A program made the translations under genes and the position numbers. Under the pieces are notes generated by a model, which had not been told where the DNA came from, did not search any database, and worked only from the letters and a program-made list of their open reading frames with translations. A DNA stretch of 63,611 bases, filler included. It is 8 parts of 8 records of this genome, joined end to end, with 100 filler letters (N's around TTAATTAATTAA, not from the genome) between each part and the next. Parts side by side here need not be neighbours in the genome. Positions count along the whole stretch, not along the records: positions 21,886 to 34,017 come from SRR31156797_3316; 7 more parts are not named here. The stretch is one strand, 5' to 3'. Every line of letters starts with the position of its first letter. The stretch's first letter is position 1. Of this stretch, positions 21,886-33,177 are shown piece after piece.

Positions 21886-22730
21886 GTCGAGAAGGTCTTG
21901 TGCAGGTTGATGTGCATGCAGTCGATGCCGAGATCGCCCGGCCGCACGCGGCCGACGATGGCGTTGAAGTTGGCGCCGTCGCAATAAAAGAAGGCGCCGG
22001 TCTTGTGCGTCGCCTCGGCGATTTCGATGATCTGATCCTCGAACAGGCCGCAGGTGTTGGGATTGGTCAGCATGATGGCGGCGACGTCTTCGTCCAGCGC
22101 CTCAAGGAAGGCATCCAGATCGACCCGTCCGCGGTCATTGGCCGGGATCGATTCGACGGCATAGCCGCAGGCCGCCGCGCTGGCCGGATTGGTGCCGTGC
22201 GCCGATTCCGGAACCAGGACCCGTTTGCGCGCATCGCCCCGGGCCTCCAGCGCCGCCCGGATGGTCATCAGGCCGGTCAGTTCGCCGTGGGCGCCTGCCG
22301 CCGGCGACATGGCGACGCCGGGCATGCCGGTCAGTACCGACAGCCAACGGGCCAGTTCGGATATCAGCTCGAGCGCACCCTGCACGGTTTCCTGAGGCTG
22401 CAAGGGATGGATGCCGGCCAGGCCCGGCAGCCGGGCCAGCTTTTCGTTGAGGCGCGGATTGTGTTTCATCGTGCACGATCCGAGCGGATACATGCCGGCG
22501 TCGATGGAATAGTTGGTCTGGCTCAGGCGCAGATAGTGGCGAACCACCTGCGGTTCCGACAGGCCGGGCAGGCCGATCGGTTCCGTGCGGGCCATGCCGC
22601 CCAGCTTGTCGGATGTCAAATCCGGTTCCGGCAGGTCGACGCCGGATTTGCCGGGCGAATCCATCTCGAAGATCAGTGGTTCTTCCATCTGAAGGCCGCG
22701 GTTGCCGGTGAAGGTGTCGGGGCCGCTCAT
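21886..22730 (-). CDS. gcvPB: Glycine dehydrogenase subunit 2, 3'-truncated
   Basis: [33 protein letters not shown] (PLP lysine). Confidence 0.97.
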
Positions 22731-24073
22731 GACAGCACCTCCTTCAGGCCGGAAATCAATCGGTCCATATCCGCGTCCGTGTTGGTTTCGGTGGCGGCGA
22801 TCAGCAGCAGGTTTTCCACATCCGGATTGCCCGGGATCAGCCGGGACACCGGAACGCCGGCGAAAATGCCCTTGGCCGCCAGTTGCTCGACGACCCGGGC
22901 GGCCGATTTCGACAGCCGGACGGTGAATTCGTTGAAGAAGGTCTGGTTCAAAACCTCGGCGCCGGCTATGCCGTCCAACCGTTCGGCCAGCTTCACCGCG
23001 GCGGCATGATTAAGCTCGGCCATGCGCCGGAAGCCGGTTTCGCCCAACAGGGTCAGATGGATGGTGAAGGCCAGCGCGCAGAGGCCGGAATTGGTGCAGA
23101 TGTTGCTGGTCGCCTTGTCGCGGCGGATGTGCTGTTCGCGGGTCGACAGGGTCAGCACGAAACCGCGGCGGCCATCGGCGTCCTCGGTCTGTCCGACCAG
23201 GCGCCCCGGCAACTGGCGGACGAATTTCTGGCGGGTTGCCATGACGCCGACGGTGGGGCCGCCGAAGTTCATGGCATTGCCCAGCGACTGGCCTTCGGCG
23301 GCGACGATGTCGGCGCCCATGGCACCGGGGCTTTTGAGCAATCCGAGCGAAACGATTTCGGTGACCACCACGACCAGCAGGGCGCCGGCCTGCTGGCAGG
23401 CCTCGGCCAGGGCCGAGAGGTCGCGCACACGGCCGAAGAAATCCGGATACTGGATGACGACGCAGGCGATTTCATCGTCCAGCAATTGGGCCGCGTCTTC
23501 GTTGCCGTCGACATCGGGTTCAGGCGTCAGAAGGTCTATCCCGAAAAAGCGGCAGTTGGTTTCCGTTACTTCCCGGTAATGCGGATGCAGGCCGCCGGAG
23601 ATCACCGCCCGGTTTCTTTTTGTAATGCGACACGCCATCAGCACCGATTCGGCGCAGGCGGTGGCGCCGTCGTACATCGAGGCGTTGGCGACCTCGGTGC
23701 CGGTCAGGAGCGCCACCTGGGTCTGGAATTCGAACAGGTATTGCAGCGTTCCTTGCGAAACCTCGGGCTGATAGGGGGTATAGGCGGTCAGGAATTCACC
23801 GCGTTGGATCAGATGATCGACCGCCGCCGGCACAAAGTGGCGATAGATTCCGGCCCCCAGGAAAGACGGCGCCGTCGCCGCCGGAACGTTCTTCGCGGCC
23901 ATTCCGGCAATGGCGCTTTCGACCGCCATCTCGCCGGCGTGCTTCGGCAGGTCGACCGGGCCGCCCAGGCGGGCGGCGGGAGGCACATCGCAATAAAGAT
24001 CGTCGATGCTGTTCGACCCGATAGCGGCCAGCATGGTGTGGCGGTCGTCGTCGGTCAGGGGCAGATACCGCAT
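22727..24073 (-). CDS. gcvPA: Glycine dehydrogenase subunit 1
   Basis: [41 protein letters not shown]. Confidence 0.97.
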   Translation of the reverse strand: MRYLPLTDDDRHTMLAAIGSNSIDDLYCDVPPAARLGGPVDLPKHAGEMAVESAIAGMAAKNVPAATAPSFLGAGIYRHFVPAAVDHLIQRGEFLTAYTPYQPEVSQGTLQYLFEFQTQVALLTGTEVANASMYDGATACAESVLMACRITKRNRAVISGGLHPHYREVTETNCRFFGIDLLTPEPDVDGNEDAAQLLDDEIACVVIQYPDFFGRVRDLSALAEACQQAGALLVVVVTEIVSLGLLKSPGAMGADIVAAEGQSLGNAMNFGGPTVGVMATRQKFVRQLPGRLVGQTEDADGRRGFVLTLSTREQHIRRDKATSNICTNSGLCALAFTIHLTLLGETGFRRMAELNHAAAVKLAERLDGIAGAEVLNQTFFNEFTVRLSKSAARVVEQLAAKGIFAGVPVSRLIPGNPDVENLLLIAATETNTDADMDRLISGLKEVLS

Positions 24074-24450
24074 CAGTCGGACTCGTCCACCAGTTCGTTG
24101 TAGGCCGCTTCATCGAGCAGGGCTTCGGCCTCACCGGCATCAGCGATACGGATTTTGAAGAACCATCCTTCGCCCATGGCGTCGGAATTGACCTTGGCGG
24201 GGTCGTCGTTGAGGGCTTCGTTGACCTCGACGACTTCGCCGGCGACGGGTGCATAGACCTCGGTCGCGGCCTTGACCGATTCGACGACGGCGGCTTCGTC
24301 ACCCTGTTCGACCGTCTTACCGATTTCGGGCAGTTCGATGAAGACCAGATCGCCCAGTTGTTCCTGGGCGTGATCGGTGATGCCGACGGTTCCGATGTCG
24401 CCGTCGATTCGCAGCCACTCATGCTCCTTGGTGAATTTGACGATTGCCAT
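24073..24450 (-). CDS. gcvH: Glycine cleavage system H protein
   Basis: HEW...[13 protein letters not shown]...VESVKAA (lipoyl lysine); start MAIVKF with RBS. Confidence 0.97.
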   Translation of the reverse strand: MAIVKFTKEHEWLRIDGDIGTVGITDHAQEQLGDLVFIELPEIGKTVEQGDEAAVVESVKAATEVYAPVAGEVVEVNEALNDDPAKVNSDAMGEGWFFKIRIADAGEAEALLDEAAYNELVDESD

Positions 24451-24493
24451 GAATATTCCTTTCGTGTCTTTCGATCCTGTCCTTGTTGGAGCC

Positions 24494-25606
24494 CTAGCCC
24501 TTGAAATAGCGGTGTTCCGTAAACGGCATTTTGACCGTCGTTGCCGGCAGTTCGCGGCCGCGCACGACCAGGTTGAGTGCCGTTCCCGGCACCGCCAGGG
24601 CCGGCGCGACATAACCCATGGCGACGGGGCCGCCGACGCTGGGGCCGTAACCGCCGCTGGTGATTTCGCCGACGGAAGCGCCGTCGGCGTCGGTGATTTC
24701 GGTGTGCGCCCGAGCCGGCGCCTTGCCTTCCGGCTTGATGCCGACGCGTTTTCGCGTCGTGCCCTCGGCGATCTGGCGCAGAATGATGGCGGCGCCCGGG
24801 AAGTTGGCTTCCTCGCGCCGGCGCTTGTTGACGACCCAGGTCAGGCCGGCCTCGATCGGTGTCGTGGTTTGATCGATGTCGCTGCCGTAAAGGCAAAGTC
24901 CGGCTTCGAGCCGTAGCGAATCGCGGGCACCCAGTCCGGCCGGTTTGACCTCGGTCTGATCCAAAAGAAGGCGGGCCAGGGCTTCGGCCCGATCCGCCGC
25001 GACCGAAATTTCGAAGCCGTCTTCGCCGGTATAGCCGGACCGGGTCGCATCGCATTCGATGCCGCCGATGGAAAGACTGCGCGCCGTCATGAAGCCCATG
25101 TCGGTCGCACCCGGGGCCAGGCGCGCCATGACGGTTGCCGCCGCCGGTCCCTGCAGGGCCAGCAAGGCGCGGTCCTCGAGTCGCTGCAGCTCGGCGCGTC
25201 CTGCAAGTTGATCCTCGATATGCGCGAAGTCGCCGTCCTTGCAGGCGGCGTTGACGACCAGGAAAAGATGGTCGCCGCGCTGGGTAATCATCAGATCGTC
25301 TATGATGCCGCCCCGTTCGTTGAGCAGCAGGGTGTAGCGCATCTTGCCTTCAGGAAGGTCGTCAACGGCGCCGGGCACCAGGGTTTCGATCGCCCGGCCG
25401 GGATCGTCGCCGCAAAGCCGCGCCTGGCCCATATGGGAGACGTCGAACAGCACGGCTTGGCTGCGGGCGTGCAGATGCTCGGCGATGATGCCTTCGTACT
25501 GGACCGGCATTTCGTAGCCGGCGAACGGCACCAGTCGGCCGCCCAGGGCCTGATGCAGACCATGCAGCGGGGTACGCTTCAGATTTTTCGATTGGGCCTC
25601 GGTCAT
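24494..25606 (-). CDS. gcvT: Glycine cleavage system aminomethyltransferase T
   Basis: [41 protein letters not shown]. Confidence 0.97.
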   Translation of the reverse strand: MTEAQSKNLKRTPLHGLHQALGGRLVPFAGYEMPVQYEGIIAEHLHARSQAVLFDVSHMGQARLCGDDPGRAIETLVPGAVDDLPEGKMRYTLLLNERGGIIDDLMITQRGDHLFLVVNAACKDGDFAHIEDQLAGRAELQRLEDRALLALQGPAAATVMARLAPGATDMGFMTARSLSIGGIECDATRSGYTGEDGFEISVAADRAEALARLLLDQTEVKPAGLGARDSLRLEAGLCLYGSDIDQTTTPIEAGLTWVVNKRRREEANFPGAAIILRQIAEGTTRKRVGIKPEGKAPARAHTEITDADGASVGEITSGGYGPSVGGPVAMGYVAPALAVPGTALNLVVRGRELPATTVKMPFTEHRYFKG

Positions 25607-25659
25607 CAGGTCCTCCTCAGGTTCGACGGAACGGCCCCTCGGCCGTGAACCGACGGACG

Positions 25660-25860
25660 CCCCCTCTGTCCTGGAACCTGAAAGATTCGCCGACGCACCG
25701 TCAGCTTACATCTTCGGTGGGACCTGTTGCCGTAGTAACGGCGGTCCTCTCTCCAGAGTTTGACCCCGGCCGCGGTCCTTTTGCCTGAGAGTTTCCGGGG
25801 CGGTTGCTCCTTCGGCGCCGGATTGGCTGCAAGACCCATCCGATCTCTCCCACGGCCGTT
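25660..25860 (-). ncRNA. Tandem glycine riboswitch
   Basis: Two aptamers GGAGAG...CGCCGAAGGAGCAA...CTCTCAGG and GGAGAG...CACCGAAGATGTAA...CTTTCAGG upstream of gcvT. Confidence 0.95.
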
Positions 25861-25961
25861 GAGCGATCGCAAACCATCGGTTCGTACGAACGCTTCTAAA
25901 AGTGAGTTTAGTAACTTGCCGCCCGAGGTCAACCGTCCAGCGGCATATTGCCCTTCCTGGA

Positions 25962-26555
25962 TCAACGGCGCTGGTTGCGGATATTGTCGCGGTTGAAGCG
26001 AAGCTCGTCCTTGGAAACGTTAAAACCGACGAATATCCGGAAATTGCGCCCGGTCTGTCCGGCCTTCAGGGGGATCGACAGATAAACCGGCTCATCCAAC
26101 CAGACCAGCCGCGTTTTATTGCCGGGGAACCGGATCGATCCCTCGAAGTTCTGTTTGTTGAGGATATTGCGTTCCGAATCGGTGATGGCGATGAAATAGC
26201 CGATCCGGGCCTGACGGTCGCGGTTGGCCGGGCCGCGGCTGATCTCAAGAGCCACCGTCATCTCGACCCCCAGGGTTCCGGCACCGGTTTCGTCGTCGAC
26301 ATCGTATTCGCAGATGCCCTTGGCGTCACCGACGGTTCCCTTGAAAAGCACGTCGATCAGATCGCGCCCCGGTCCGTCGACAAATTTGGTGATGCTCGAT
26401 GCCTCTTCCACCTGCAACACCTCGGGGCACGGCGGCGGCGGTTCACCTTCAAATATCGTACAGGCACCGATCAATGTGCCGGCGGCAGCCAGCAAAGACA
26501 GGAAACCAAGACGCCGATGCTGCATAAAAGGTGATTTCACTATCGGCATCCTCAT
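25962..26555 (-). CDS. Conserved alphaproteobacterial lipoprotein (hypothetical)
   Basis: IGAC lipobox then PPPCP, RGPA...YFIA; start uncertain. Confidence 0.75.
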   Translation of the reverse strand: MRMPIVKSPFMQHRRLGFLSLLAAAGTLIGACTIFEGEPPPPCPEVLQVEEASSITKFVDGPGRDLIDVLFKGTVGDAKGICEYDVDDETGAGTLGVEMTVALEISRGPANRDRQARIGYFIAITDSERNILNKQNFEGSIRFPGNKTRLVWLDEPVYLSIPLKAGQTGRNFRIFVGFNVSKDELRFNRDNIRNQRR

Positions 26556-26794
26556 GGAAGGGTCGCGTGCGTGCCGTCGCAGAACGGTTCGTCAGCGGTA
26601 TGCTTGCAACCGCACAGGTAGAGCGTTTCGGTGTGCTCGGCGGTAAACACGACAGGGGACATGCCGCTGCCCTTGTGGGAGCCGTCGCAGAAAGGCTGGT
26701 CGTCGCTTTTGCCGCACCGGCACCAGGCATATTTCTTGCCGACCTCGACATCGACCGCGTACGGGCTTTTTTGCGCGATTTTCGGATCTTCCAT
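26552..26794 (-). CDS. CDGSH iron-sulfur domain protein (two CDGSH motifs)
   Basis: WCRCGKS..QPFCDGSH and LCGCK.T...PFCDGTH. Confidence 0.95.
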   Translation of the reverse strand: MEDPKIAQKSPYAVDVEVGKKYAWCRCGKSDDQPFCDGSHKGSGMSPVVFTAEHTETLYLCGCKHTADEPFCDGTHATLP

Positions 26795-26858
26795 GGCGTT
26801 CCCCTTGGATTGCGGGTGACGGGGTCGAATTTAGGCGACGGCGGGGCTGCCGACAAGC

Positions 26859-28631
26859 CTACTCGACGGTCGGGTCTGCGATCGTCGACTGGGCGGTCAT
26901 CTCGATCAGGGTCAGGGCCAGGCGGCTTAGCGCCCGCGACCGGGCCCAGGCATTTTCAATGTCGGCGGCCTGTTTGAGGCCGTCGGCGAAGGCATTCCAG
27001 GCCGCGTCCTCCTCGCTTTCGATGGCATAATGTTTGGCGATGTCGCCGAACATCCAGACACGGCTTAGCGGGCTTTTCATTTGGTCGGTGGCGGTGCGGG
27101 CCAATTGGCGGGTTTGTTCGGCGCCGTTGGTATCACCGTTGCGAGCCCGTTCGACGGCGATCGTCCACAGGGTATGGGCCTTCAATCGGGCATCCGTGAT
27201 TGTATTCGCGGTTTCAACGGCGCGTTCGAAAGCCTTTGTTTCGCCGAACCGGGTGATGCCGGCGAAGGCAAGGGCGATACGGCCGAGGGCGAAATCCCTG
27301 GCAAATGGAAGTTTCACCGATTCGGTGGCGATGACGGCGGCCTCAAGGGTGTCGGCGGCGGCCGCCGTGTCGCCGCCGCCCGCTTGCGCGACCGCGATGC
27401 TGCTGAGCACGACCGCCTTGTAGCGGTCCGATTCGATGCCGCCGGCCGTTTCCAGCGCGCGGGTCGGATCGCCGGCCTTGGCCTGCGCCTTGGCGGCGGC
27501 GACGAGGACGGGGGTTTTATCCATTTTGCCGTCGATACCGTCGAGAACCGTAAGTGCGCTTTCGGGATCGCCCATTTCGGCCATCGCCGAAGCAACGCTG
27601 CGCAGGGCGGTTTCGCGATCGATTGCCGAGTCCAGGCCGCCGGCCAGTTTGTGGGCGGTCTCGATCTTGGTTCTGGCCTCGGGGTCGGCCCCGGCGACCG
27701 AAAGAATGACGGCGGCCCGGCATATCAGCGAAATCCGGCGAAGCTGCTTTTCGACGCGCCCGATGGCGTCGTCCAACCAGCCAAGGGTGTCGTCGAGGCG
27801 CGCTCGATCTTGACGGATCTGGATTTTCGCGATCGCAGCAAAGGCTTCAGCCTGGCGTTCGGCGTCGGGAATGATGGCGGCGGCTTCCAGCGCGTCGGCG
27901 GTGCGCTGGGCCCGGGCCTGGGCCTCGGCGATGTCGCGAAGTGCCACCATGATCAGGCGCGGATCGCCGATGCGCCCGGCCGTATCCATCGCGGCGCCGG
28001 GTAAGCCGGCGCGGGCCTGGGCGGCCAGCAGTTCGCCCAGGGCCCAGTCGCGAAGCTCGTCCCGATGTACCGCCTTGGCGCTTTCGGATGCTTCGGCCAA
28101 CAGGCAACTGACGCTGGGTTTTTCGAAGCAAGGCGTGGCGTCGCGGGTGGGATCGGCGATGTCGCCCGGCTCGAAGGTGATCAGGCCGCGGGTGGCCGGA
28201 TTGCTGAGCAATGCCTGGCGGGCGGCTTCGGTGTTTTGCTCGCGCGTCTTTTCCAGCCGTTTCAGAAGCACTTCGACCTTGTCGCCGGTTTCGACGTGAT
28301 TGGCCAGTTCCTCGGTAACCTGGCCGTCGGCGCGGATGCCGATGCGCCGCTGATAGGTGCGGATCGCTTTTTCCGTTTTCGGGCCCATGATGCCGTCGAC
28401 CTCGCCCTTGTAGAGGCCATAGCGGGCAAGGCCGCGTTGGATGCGTTCGACCAGCGGGTCGTATTGACGGTTCTGCCGGCGGTCGAGTTCCGGCGGGTCG
28501 CCACGCGCCGCCAGTTGAACGATGCCGGCGTCGGCGGCCGGTCCGTTCAGGACAAGACCCGCGAAAAGAGCCAGAACGGCCCATCCCGCCAATACCGGGA
28601 TAATGCGTCCAATGGCTTGATGTCCTGCCAT
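26859..28631 (-). CDS. Peptidoglycan-binding domain plus helical-repeat protein
   Basis: Signal peptide, IQRGL...G.VDG.MGPKT..AI..YQ (PG_binding_1), many A...A..I TPR-like repeats. Confidence 0.8.
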   Translation of the reverse strand: MAGHQAIGRIIPVLAGWAVLALFAGLVLNGPAADAGIVQLAARGDPPELDRRQNRQYDPLVERIQRGLARYGLYKGEVDGIMGPKTEKAIRTYQRRIGIRADGQVTEELANHVETGDKVEVLLKRLEKTREQNTEAARQALLSNPATRGLITFEPGDIADPTRDATPCFEKPSVSCLLAEASESAKAVHRDELRDWALGELLAAQARAGLPGAAMDTAGRIGDPRLIMVALRDIAEAQARAQRTADALEAAAIIPDAERQAEAFAAIAKIQIRQDRARLDDTLGWLDDAIGRVEKQLRRISLICRAAVILSVAGADPEARTKIETAHKLAGGLDSAIDRETALRSVASAMAEMGDPESALTVLDGIDGKMDKTPVLVAAAKAQAKAGDPTRALETAGGIESDRYKAVVLSSIAVAQAGGGDTAAAADTLEAAVIATESVKLPFARDFALGRIALAFAGITRFGETKAFERAVETANTITDARLKAHTLWTIAVERARNGDTNGAEQTRQLARTATDQMKSPLSRVWMFGDIAKHYAIESEEDAAWNAFADGLKQAADIENAWARSRALSRLALTLIEMTAQSTIADPTVE

Positions 28632-28801
28632 TTTTCCTCCGTGTATGGTTCGAAATATGGCCGGGCCGCCGAACCGGTGCAAGGGGAGATGGCGGTTATC
28701 CAAGAAGCTGAATGTGGACCAAGTGTGAACAAGTTCATTGAAGGCTTCCTGCCTTCCGGTCATATGCAAAGGCTGGCACCGGCGAAGGCAGGGGGTAGAG
28801 T

Positions 28802-29929
28802 ATGCTGTTTGCGGAGAAATGGATGATGCCTGTCGGCACGGCCTTGACGGCCCTGATCATGGCGATGCCGTTGGGGGCCTGTGCGGGTTCGCAACAGAAA
28901 CCCGGCGCGCCCTATCACCACACGACCGACGGATTTCGAAATCCGCCGGGCAGTCCGGAAAAAAACGCTACGCTTGAACGGCTGCCGTGGCTGTTCAAAC
29001 GCCTGACCGGCGGTTTCCCGGACGGAAAAGCGCCGGCCGGCCATGTGATTCCCAGGGACGAGGCGAAGGCGGCGTTCGATGCCATGGATGGCCGCGATAC
29101 GATAACCTGGATCGGGCACATGACGGCGTTGCTGCGGCTCGACGGCAAGACCGTGCTGACCGATCCCTGGTTTTCCGAGCGCGCCTCGCCGTTTTCCTTC
29201 ATGGGGCCGAAGCGTTACGCCCCGCCGGGCCTTGATATCGCCGACCTGCCGCCGATCGACGTCGTCGTCGTTTCCCACAATCATTACGACCATCTGGACA
29301 TCAAAAGCATTTCCGGCCTGCCGAACCGCGAGACCATCACGGCGGTGGTTCCGTTGGGTCTCGGGCATCATTTCACGGGACGCGGCTACGGCCGGGTGAT
29401 CGAACTGGATTGGCACGAAAGCACCGAAGCCGCCGGCCTGACGTTCACAGCCATGCCGGTCATTCACTGGTCGAACCGCCTGTTCACCGGCAAGGACGAG
29501 ACCCTGTGGGCGGCCTTTGCCATCGAAAGCCCGGGCGGGACCCGGGTCTATTCCGGCGGCGACGCCGAATACGGCCCGGTCTATGCCGAGAACGCCAAGC
29601 GCTACGACGGATTCGATCTGGCCCTGCTGTCGATCGGCGCCTATCTGCCGCGCGTCATGATGAACGGGTCGCACTGCGTGCCGGCCGATTGCCTGCAACT
29701 GGGGCTCGACCTTGACGCCCATACGTTGCTGGCCATGCATTGGGGTACCATCCTGTTGGGCGACGACGGCGTCGAAGAAGGCGTTACCGAATTCATTGCC
29801 GCCGGCCGCGAGGCGGGATTGGCCGAGGAACGCGTCTGGCGCATGAAGATCGGCGAAACCCGCGAAATCGTGCGGCGTCCGAAAGCGGTGGCCGATCCCA
29901 CCCTTGCCAGCGGCCCCGCCACGCCGTAA
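28802..29929 (+). CDS. MBL-fold metallohydrolase (NAPE-PLD/RomA-like)
   Basis: TWIGH, LTDPWFS, SHNHYDHLD, HWS, GGD, IGAY.P, MHWGT. Confidence 0.9.
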   Translation: MLFAEKWMMPVGTALTALIMAMPLGACAGSQQKPGAPYHHTTDGFRNPPGSPEKNATLERLPWLFKRLTGGFPDGKAPAGHVIPRDEAKAAFDAMDGRDTITWIGHMTALLRLDGKTVLTDPWFSERASPFSFMGPKRYAPPGLDIADLPPIDVVVVSHNHYDHLDIKSISGLPNRETITAVVPLGLGHHFTGRGYGRVIELDWHESTEAAGLTFTAMPVIHWSNRLFTGKDETLWAAFAIESPGGTRVYSGGDAEYGPVYAENAKRYDGFDLALLSIGAYLPRVMMNGSHCVPADCLQLGLDLDAHTLLAMHWGTILLGDDGVEEGVTEFIAAGREAGLAEERVWRMKIGETREIVRRPKAVADPTLASGPATP

Positions 29930-29984
29930 ATGAGGGCGCCGGCGCGGATCCATCGGTCGGCGCCGTACGGGAACGTGGGAAAGC

Positions 29985-30947
29985 ATGGCCGTCTATACCG
30001 AGGTTTCAGACGAGGACCTGGTCGAATTTGCCGCCGGTTTTGGAATCGGCGAGGTGCTGTCGTGCAAGGGCATCGCCGAGGGCATCGAAAACACCAACTA
30101 TCTGGTCGAAACCGAGAGCGGCCGATTCATCCTGACGCTCTATGAAAAACGGGTGAAGCGCGAAGACCTGCCGTTCTATCTGGGCCTGATGGAGCATCTG
30201 GCCAACAGGGGCATCCCGTGTGCGACGCCGCTGAAAACCGCCGACGGACGCGCTTTGCGCGAGCTCAACGGCCGGCCGGCGGCGATGGTGTCGTTCCTGC
30301 CCGGCATGTGGCCGAAGCGCCCGACACCGGTTCATTGCGCCGGCCTTGGCGAAGCGCTGGCGCGGTTTCACCTGGCCGGGACCGACTTCGAATTGCACCG
30401 CCCCAACGATCTGTCGATAGCGGATTGGCGGCCGCTTTTGCAAAGCTCGCTCGATCATGCCGATTCGGTGCGCGCCGGACTGGCCGACGATCTGACCGCC
30501 GAACTGGATTTCCTGGAAGCCAGTTGGCCGGAAAACCTTCCGTCCGGCGTCATCCACGCCGATCTTTTCCCCGACAATGTTTTCTTCCGGGGCGACACCC
30601 TGACCGGCCTGATCGATTTCTATTTCGCCTGTAACGATGCCTTCGCCTACGACATCGCGGTCTGCCTCAATGCCTGGTGCTTCGAAACGGACCACGCCTT
30701 CAACGCGACCAAGGCGCGGCGCATGTTGCGGGCCTATCGCCGGGTCCGGGAATTTTCGAAAGCCGAGCTTGCCGCCCTGCCGATCCTGGCCCGCGGCAGT
30801 GCCCTGCGCTTCCTGCTGACGCGGCTTTACGATTGGGTCCATACGCCGAAGGACGCGTTGGTGACGCCGAAGGATCCGTTGGAATATCTCGACAAACTGC
30901 GCTTTCACCGAGGCGTGCGCGGCCCCGGTGCCTATGGATTGGAGTGA
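29985..30947 (+). CDS. thrB: Homoserine kinase type II
   Basis: [32 protein letters not shown]; precedes rnhA as in Alphaproteobacteria. Confidence 0.95.
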   Translation: MAVYTEVSDEDLVEFAAGFGIGEVLSCKGIAEGIENTNYLVETESGRFILTLYEKRVKREDLPFYLGLMEHLANRGIPCATPLKTADGRALRELNGRPAAMVSFLPGMWPKRPTPVHCAGLGEALARFHLAGTDFELHRPNDLSIADWRPLLQSSLDHADSVRAGLADDLTAELDFLEASWPENLPSGVIHADLFPDNVFFRGDTLTGLIDFYFACNDAFAYDIAVCLNAWCFETDHAFNATKARRMLRAYRRVREFSKAELAALPILARGSALRFLLTRLYDWVHTPKDALVTPKDPLEYLDKLRFHRGVRGPGAYGLE

Positions 30948-30949
30948 AC

Positions 30950-31435
30950 ATGCCGGCGGAAAAAAACAACGATATCGTCGAAATCTTTACCGACGGCGCC
31001 TGCAGCGGCAATCCCGGGCCGGGCGGCTGGGGCGTGCTGTTGCGATGGCGCGGCCATGAAAAGGAATTGAACGGCGGCGAGCCCGAGACCACCAACAACC
31101 GCATGGAAATGATGGCGGCGATCCAGGCCCTGGAGGCGCTGGACCGACCGATGCAAGTCGTCATCAATACCGACAGCACATATCTTCGCGACGGCACTAC
31201 CAAATGGATTCACAATTGGAAGCGCAACGGCTGGAAGACGGCGGCGAAGAAACCGGTAAAAAACGAGGACCTGTGGCGCCGGCTCGATGATATTCTGGCC
31301 AAGCACAGTGTGGAATGGCGCTGGGTCAAGGGCCACGCCGGCCACGCCGAGAACGAGCGGGTCGATGAACTGGCCCGTGCCGGGGTGCCGAAGAGTGCCG
31401 CTGATGAAAGCGAAAGTGAAAACGAAGAAACCTAA
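30950..31435 (+). CDS. rnhA: Ribonuclease HI
   Basis: [36 protein letters not shown]. Confidence 0.97.
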   Translation: MPAEKNNDIVEIFTDGACSGNPGPGGWGVLLRWRGHEKELNGGEPETTNNRMEMMAAIQALEALDRPMQVVINTDSTYLRDGTTKWIHNWKRNGWKTAAKKPVKNEDLWRRLDDILAKHSVEWRWVKGHAGHAENERVDELARAGVPKSAADESESENEET

Positions 31436-31454
31436 AACAAAAGCGGAGGCGACC

Positions 31455-31805
31455 ATGAAGGTCATGCATTTCCAGGAAGCCGCGACCAAAGCCTATGACG
31501 CCGGCGGCGCCCAGAACGCCATCGGGCGCCTGCTGATCGGCCGGGCCGACGGGGCGGAAAACTTTGCCATGCGCTTGTTCGAACTCGACGAAGGCGGTAC
31601 GACCCCGTGCCATTCCCACGACTGGGAACACGAGGTCTTCGTGCACGAAGGCAAGGGCGCGGTCCTGCGCGACGGCAAATGGGTCGACGTCGAACCCGGA
31701 ACCGCCGTTTTCATCCCCGGCGGCGAGGAACACCAATTGAAAAACACCGGAAGCGATCCGTTTCGCTTCGTCTGCCTGGTGCCGCCGAGTAGCCCCGAGC
31801 TCTGA
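31455..31805 (+). CDS. Cupin domain protein
   Basis: FAMRLFE...HSHDWEHE...IPGGEEHQ. Confidence 0.88.
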   Translation: MKVMHFQEAATKAYDAGGAQNAIGRLLIGRADGAENFAMRLFELDEGGTTPCHSHDWEHEVFVHEGKGAVLRDGKWVDVEPGTAVFIPGGEEHQLKNTGSDPFRFVCLVPPSSPEL

Positions 31806-31826
31806 TCAAAGCCCGGCCACGGCCGG

Positions 31827-32471
31827 CTATTGGAAAGCGACCATCGCTTTCGACCGGTCGAGCTTGTCCGCCGGCCATTGTTTGGGCGGGGTTGGCGCCT
31901 GATCCGGGCCGGTGACGGTGGTGCCGAAATCGGGTGTCATGATTTCGACCGATCCGGCGCGGTTTCTGAAGATCACGCCCTTGCCGTCGAGCAGGGCCGC
32001 GTGGAAGGCGCCGTCTTCCATGACGCCGCCCCAGAAATCGGTGCCGCGAACGCCGAGGACGCCGAATTCGGTCTCGACGCCAAAAGCGCTTGCGTCGGCC
32101 TGAACGATGGCGCCGGTGACCGCCCGGAAGGATCCCGACATCAGGCGCAACAGGGCGTTCGGCTGGTTTTGTCCGAACATGTAGTCGACGACGACGAAGG
32201 ACGTGCGTTCACCCAGGGTGAAGACGCCGTCGTCGATCATGCGGATTTCAATGCGCGAGTCCCTGCCGGTCGACAGGATATCGCCGATCAGCACCGAATC
32301 GCCGATGCCCAACGGCCGCGGCACCGCATCCTGCACGGCCAGGGCGGCGCCCTGGATACGCAGGACGGTTCCGGCGACGTCGCCGTCGGCGGCCGAAGCC
32401 GATTGCCATCTCGCCGTCCCGCCAATCAGCAGGATCGAAAGCACGAATAGGCGAAGGGTCTTCGCAATCAT
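31827..32471 (-). CDS. FecR-domain secreted protein
   Basis: Signal peptide, GD.L.TG.DS, LGVRGTDF. Confidence 0.85.
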   Translation of the reverse strand: MIAKTLRLFVLSILLIGGTARWQSASAADGDVAGTVLRIQGAALAVQDAVPRPLGIGDSVLIGDILSTGRDSRIEIRMIDDGVFTLGERTSFVVVDYMFGQNQPNALLRLMSGSFRAVTGAIVQADASAFGVETEFGVLGVRGTDFWGGVMEDGAFHAALLDGKGVIFRNRAGSVEIMTPDFGTTVTGPDQAPTPPKQWPADKLDRSKAMVAFQ

Positions 32472-32552
32472 TTGGTTCTCGGTGCGGCGGCTTGTCGGAA
32501 AGGAAAGCGCGGGGCGCGCGCACGCGCGTACATGCTCGGCCCCGCAGTGTCC

Positions 32553-33035
32553 TTAGAGTTGGCCGACCAGCTTTTCGGCGCTGGAAACGTCGAACGCGCC
32601 CGGTTCCTCGATGTTGATGGCGGCGACGATGCCGTCATCGACGATCGCCGAGTAGCGCTGATTGCGCACGCCCAGCCCCTTGCCCGTCAGGTCGAATTCC
32701 AGGCCCGCGGCCTTGGCGAATTCACCGCTGCCGTCGGCCAGCAGGGTTACCGCATCGCCAACGCCGACACTTTTGCCCCAGGCGTCCATGACAAAGACGT
32801 CGTTGACGGCAATGCAGGCAATGGCGTCGACGCCCTTTGCCTTGATGTCGCCGGCGTGATTGACGTAGCCGGGCAGATGTTGGGCCGAGCAGGTCGGCGT
32901 ATAGGCGCCGGGAACGCCGAACAGGGCCACTTTCTTGCCGGCGAAAAAGTCGTCGCTGCTGACAGCCTCGGGGCCGTCGGCACCCATTACGAGAAATGTC
33001 GCGCTGGGCAGTCGGTCTCCGACTTTGATGGTCAT
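32553..33035 (-). CDS. Peroxiredoxin, Prx5 type
   Basis: VPGAYTPTCSAQHLPG, VNDVFVM.AW. Confidence 0.95.
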   Translation of the reverse strand: MTIKVGDRLPSATFLVMGADGPEAVSSDDFFAGKKVALFGVPGAYTPTCSAQHLPGYVNHAGDIKAKGVDAIACIAVNDVFVMDAWGKSVGVGDAVTLLADGSGEFAKAAGLEFDLTGKGLGVRNQRYSAIVDDGIVAAINIEEPGAFDVSSAEKLVGQL

Positions 33036-33177
33036 TTGTGCAAACTCCTTTTTTTAGGCATTAAACGAATGAGTGTCCGGGATTGTCGTGGCCCCGGTTT
33101 TGCGGTCAGTCGATAGATAGGTGTGATGGGCCCGGTTTCCAGACCCGGAGCCATCGGAATCGGTTCGATTTGGCCTG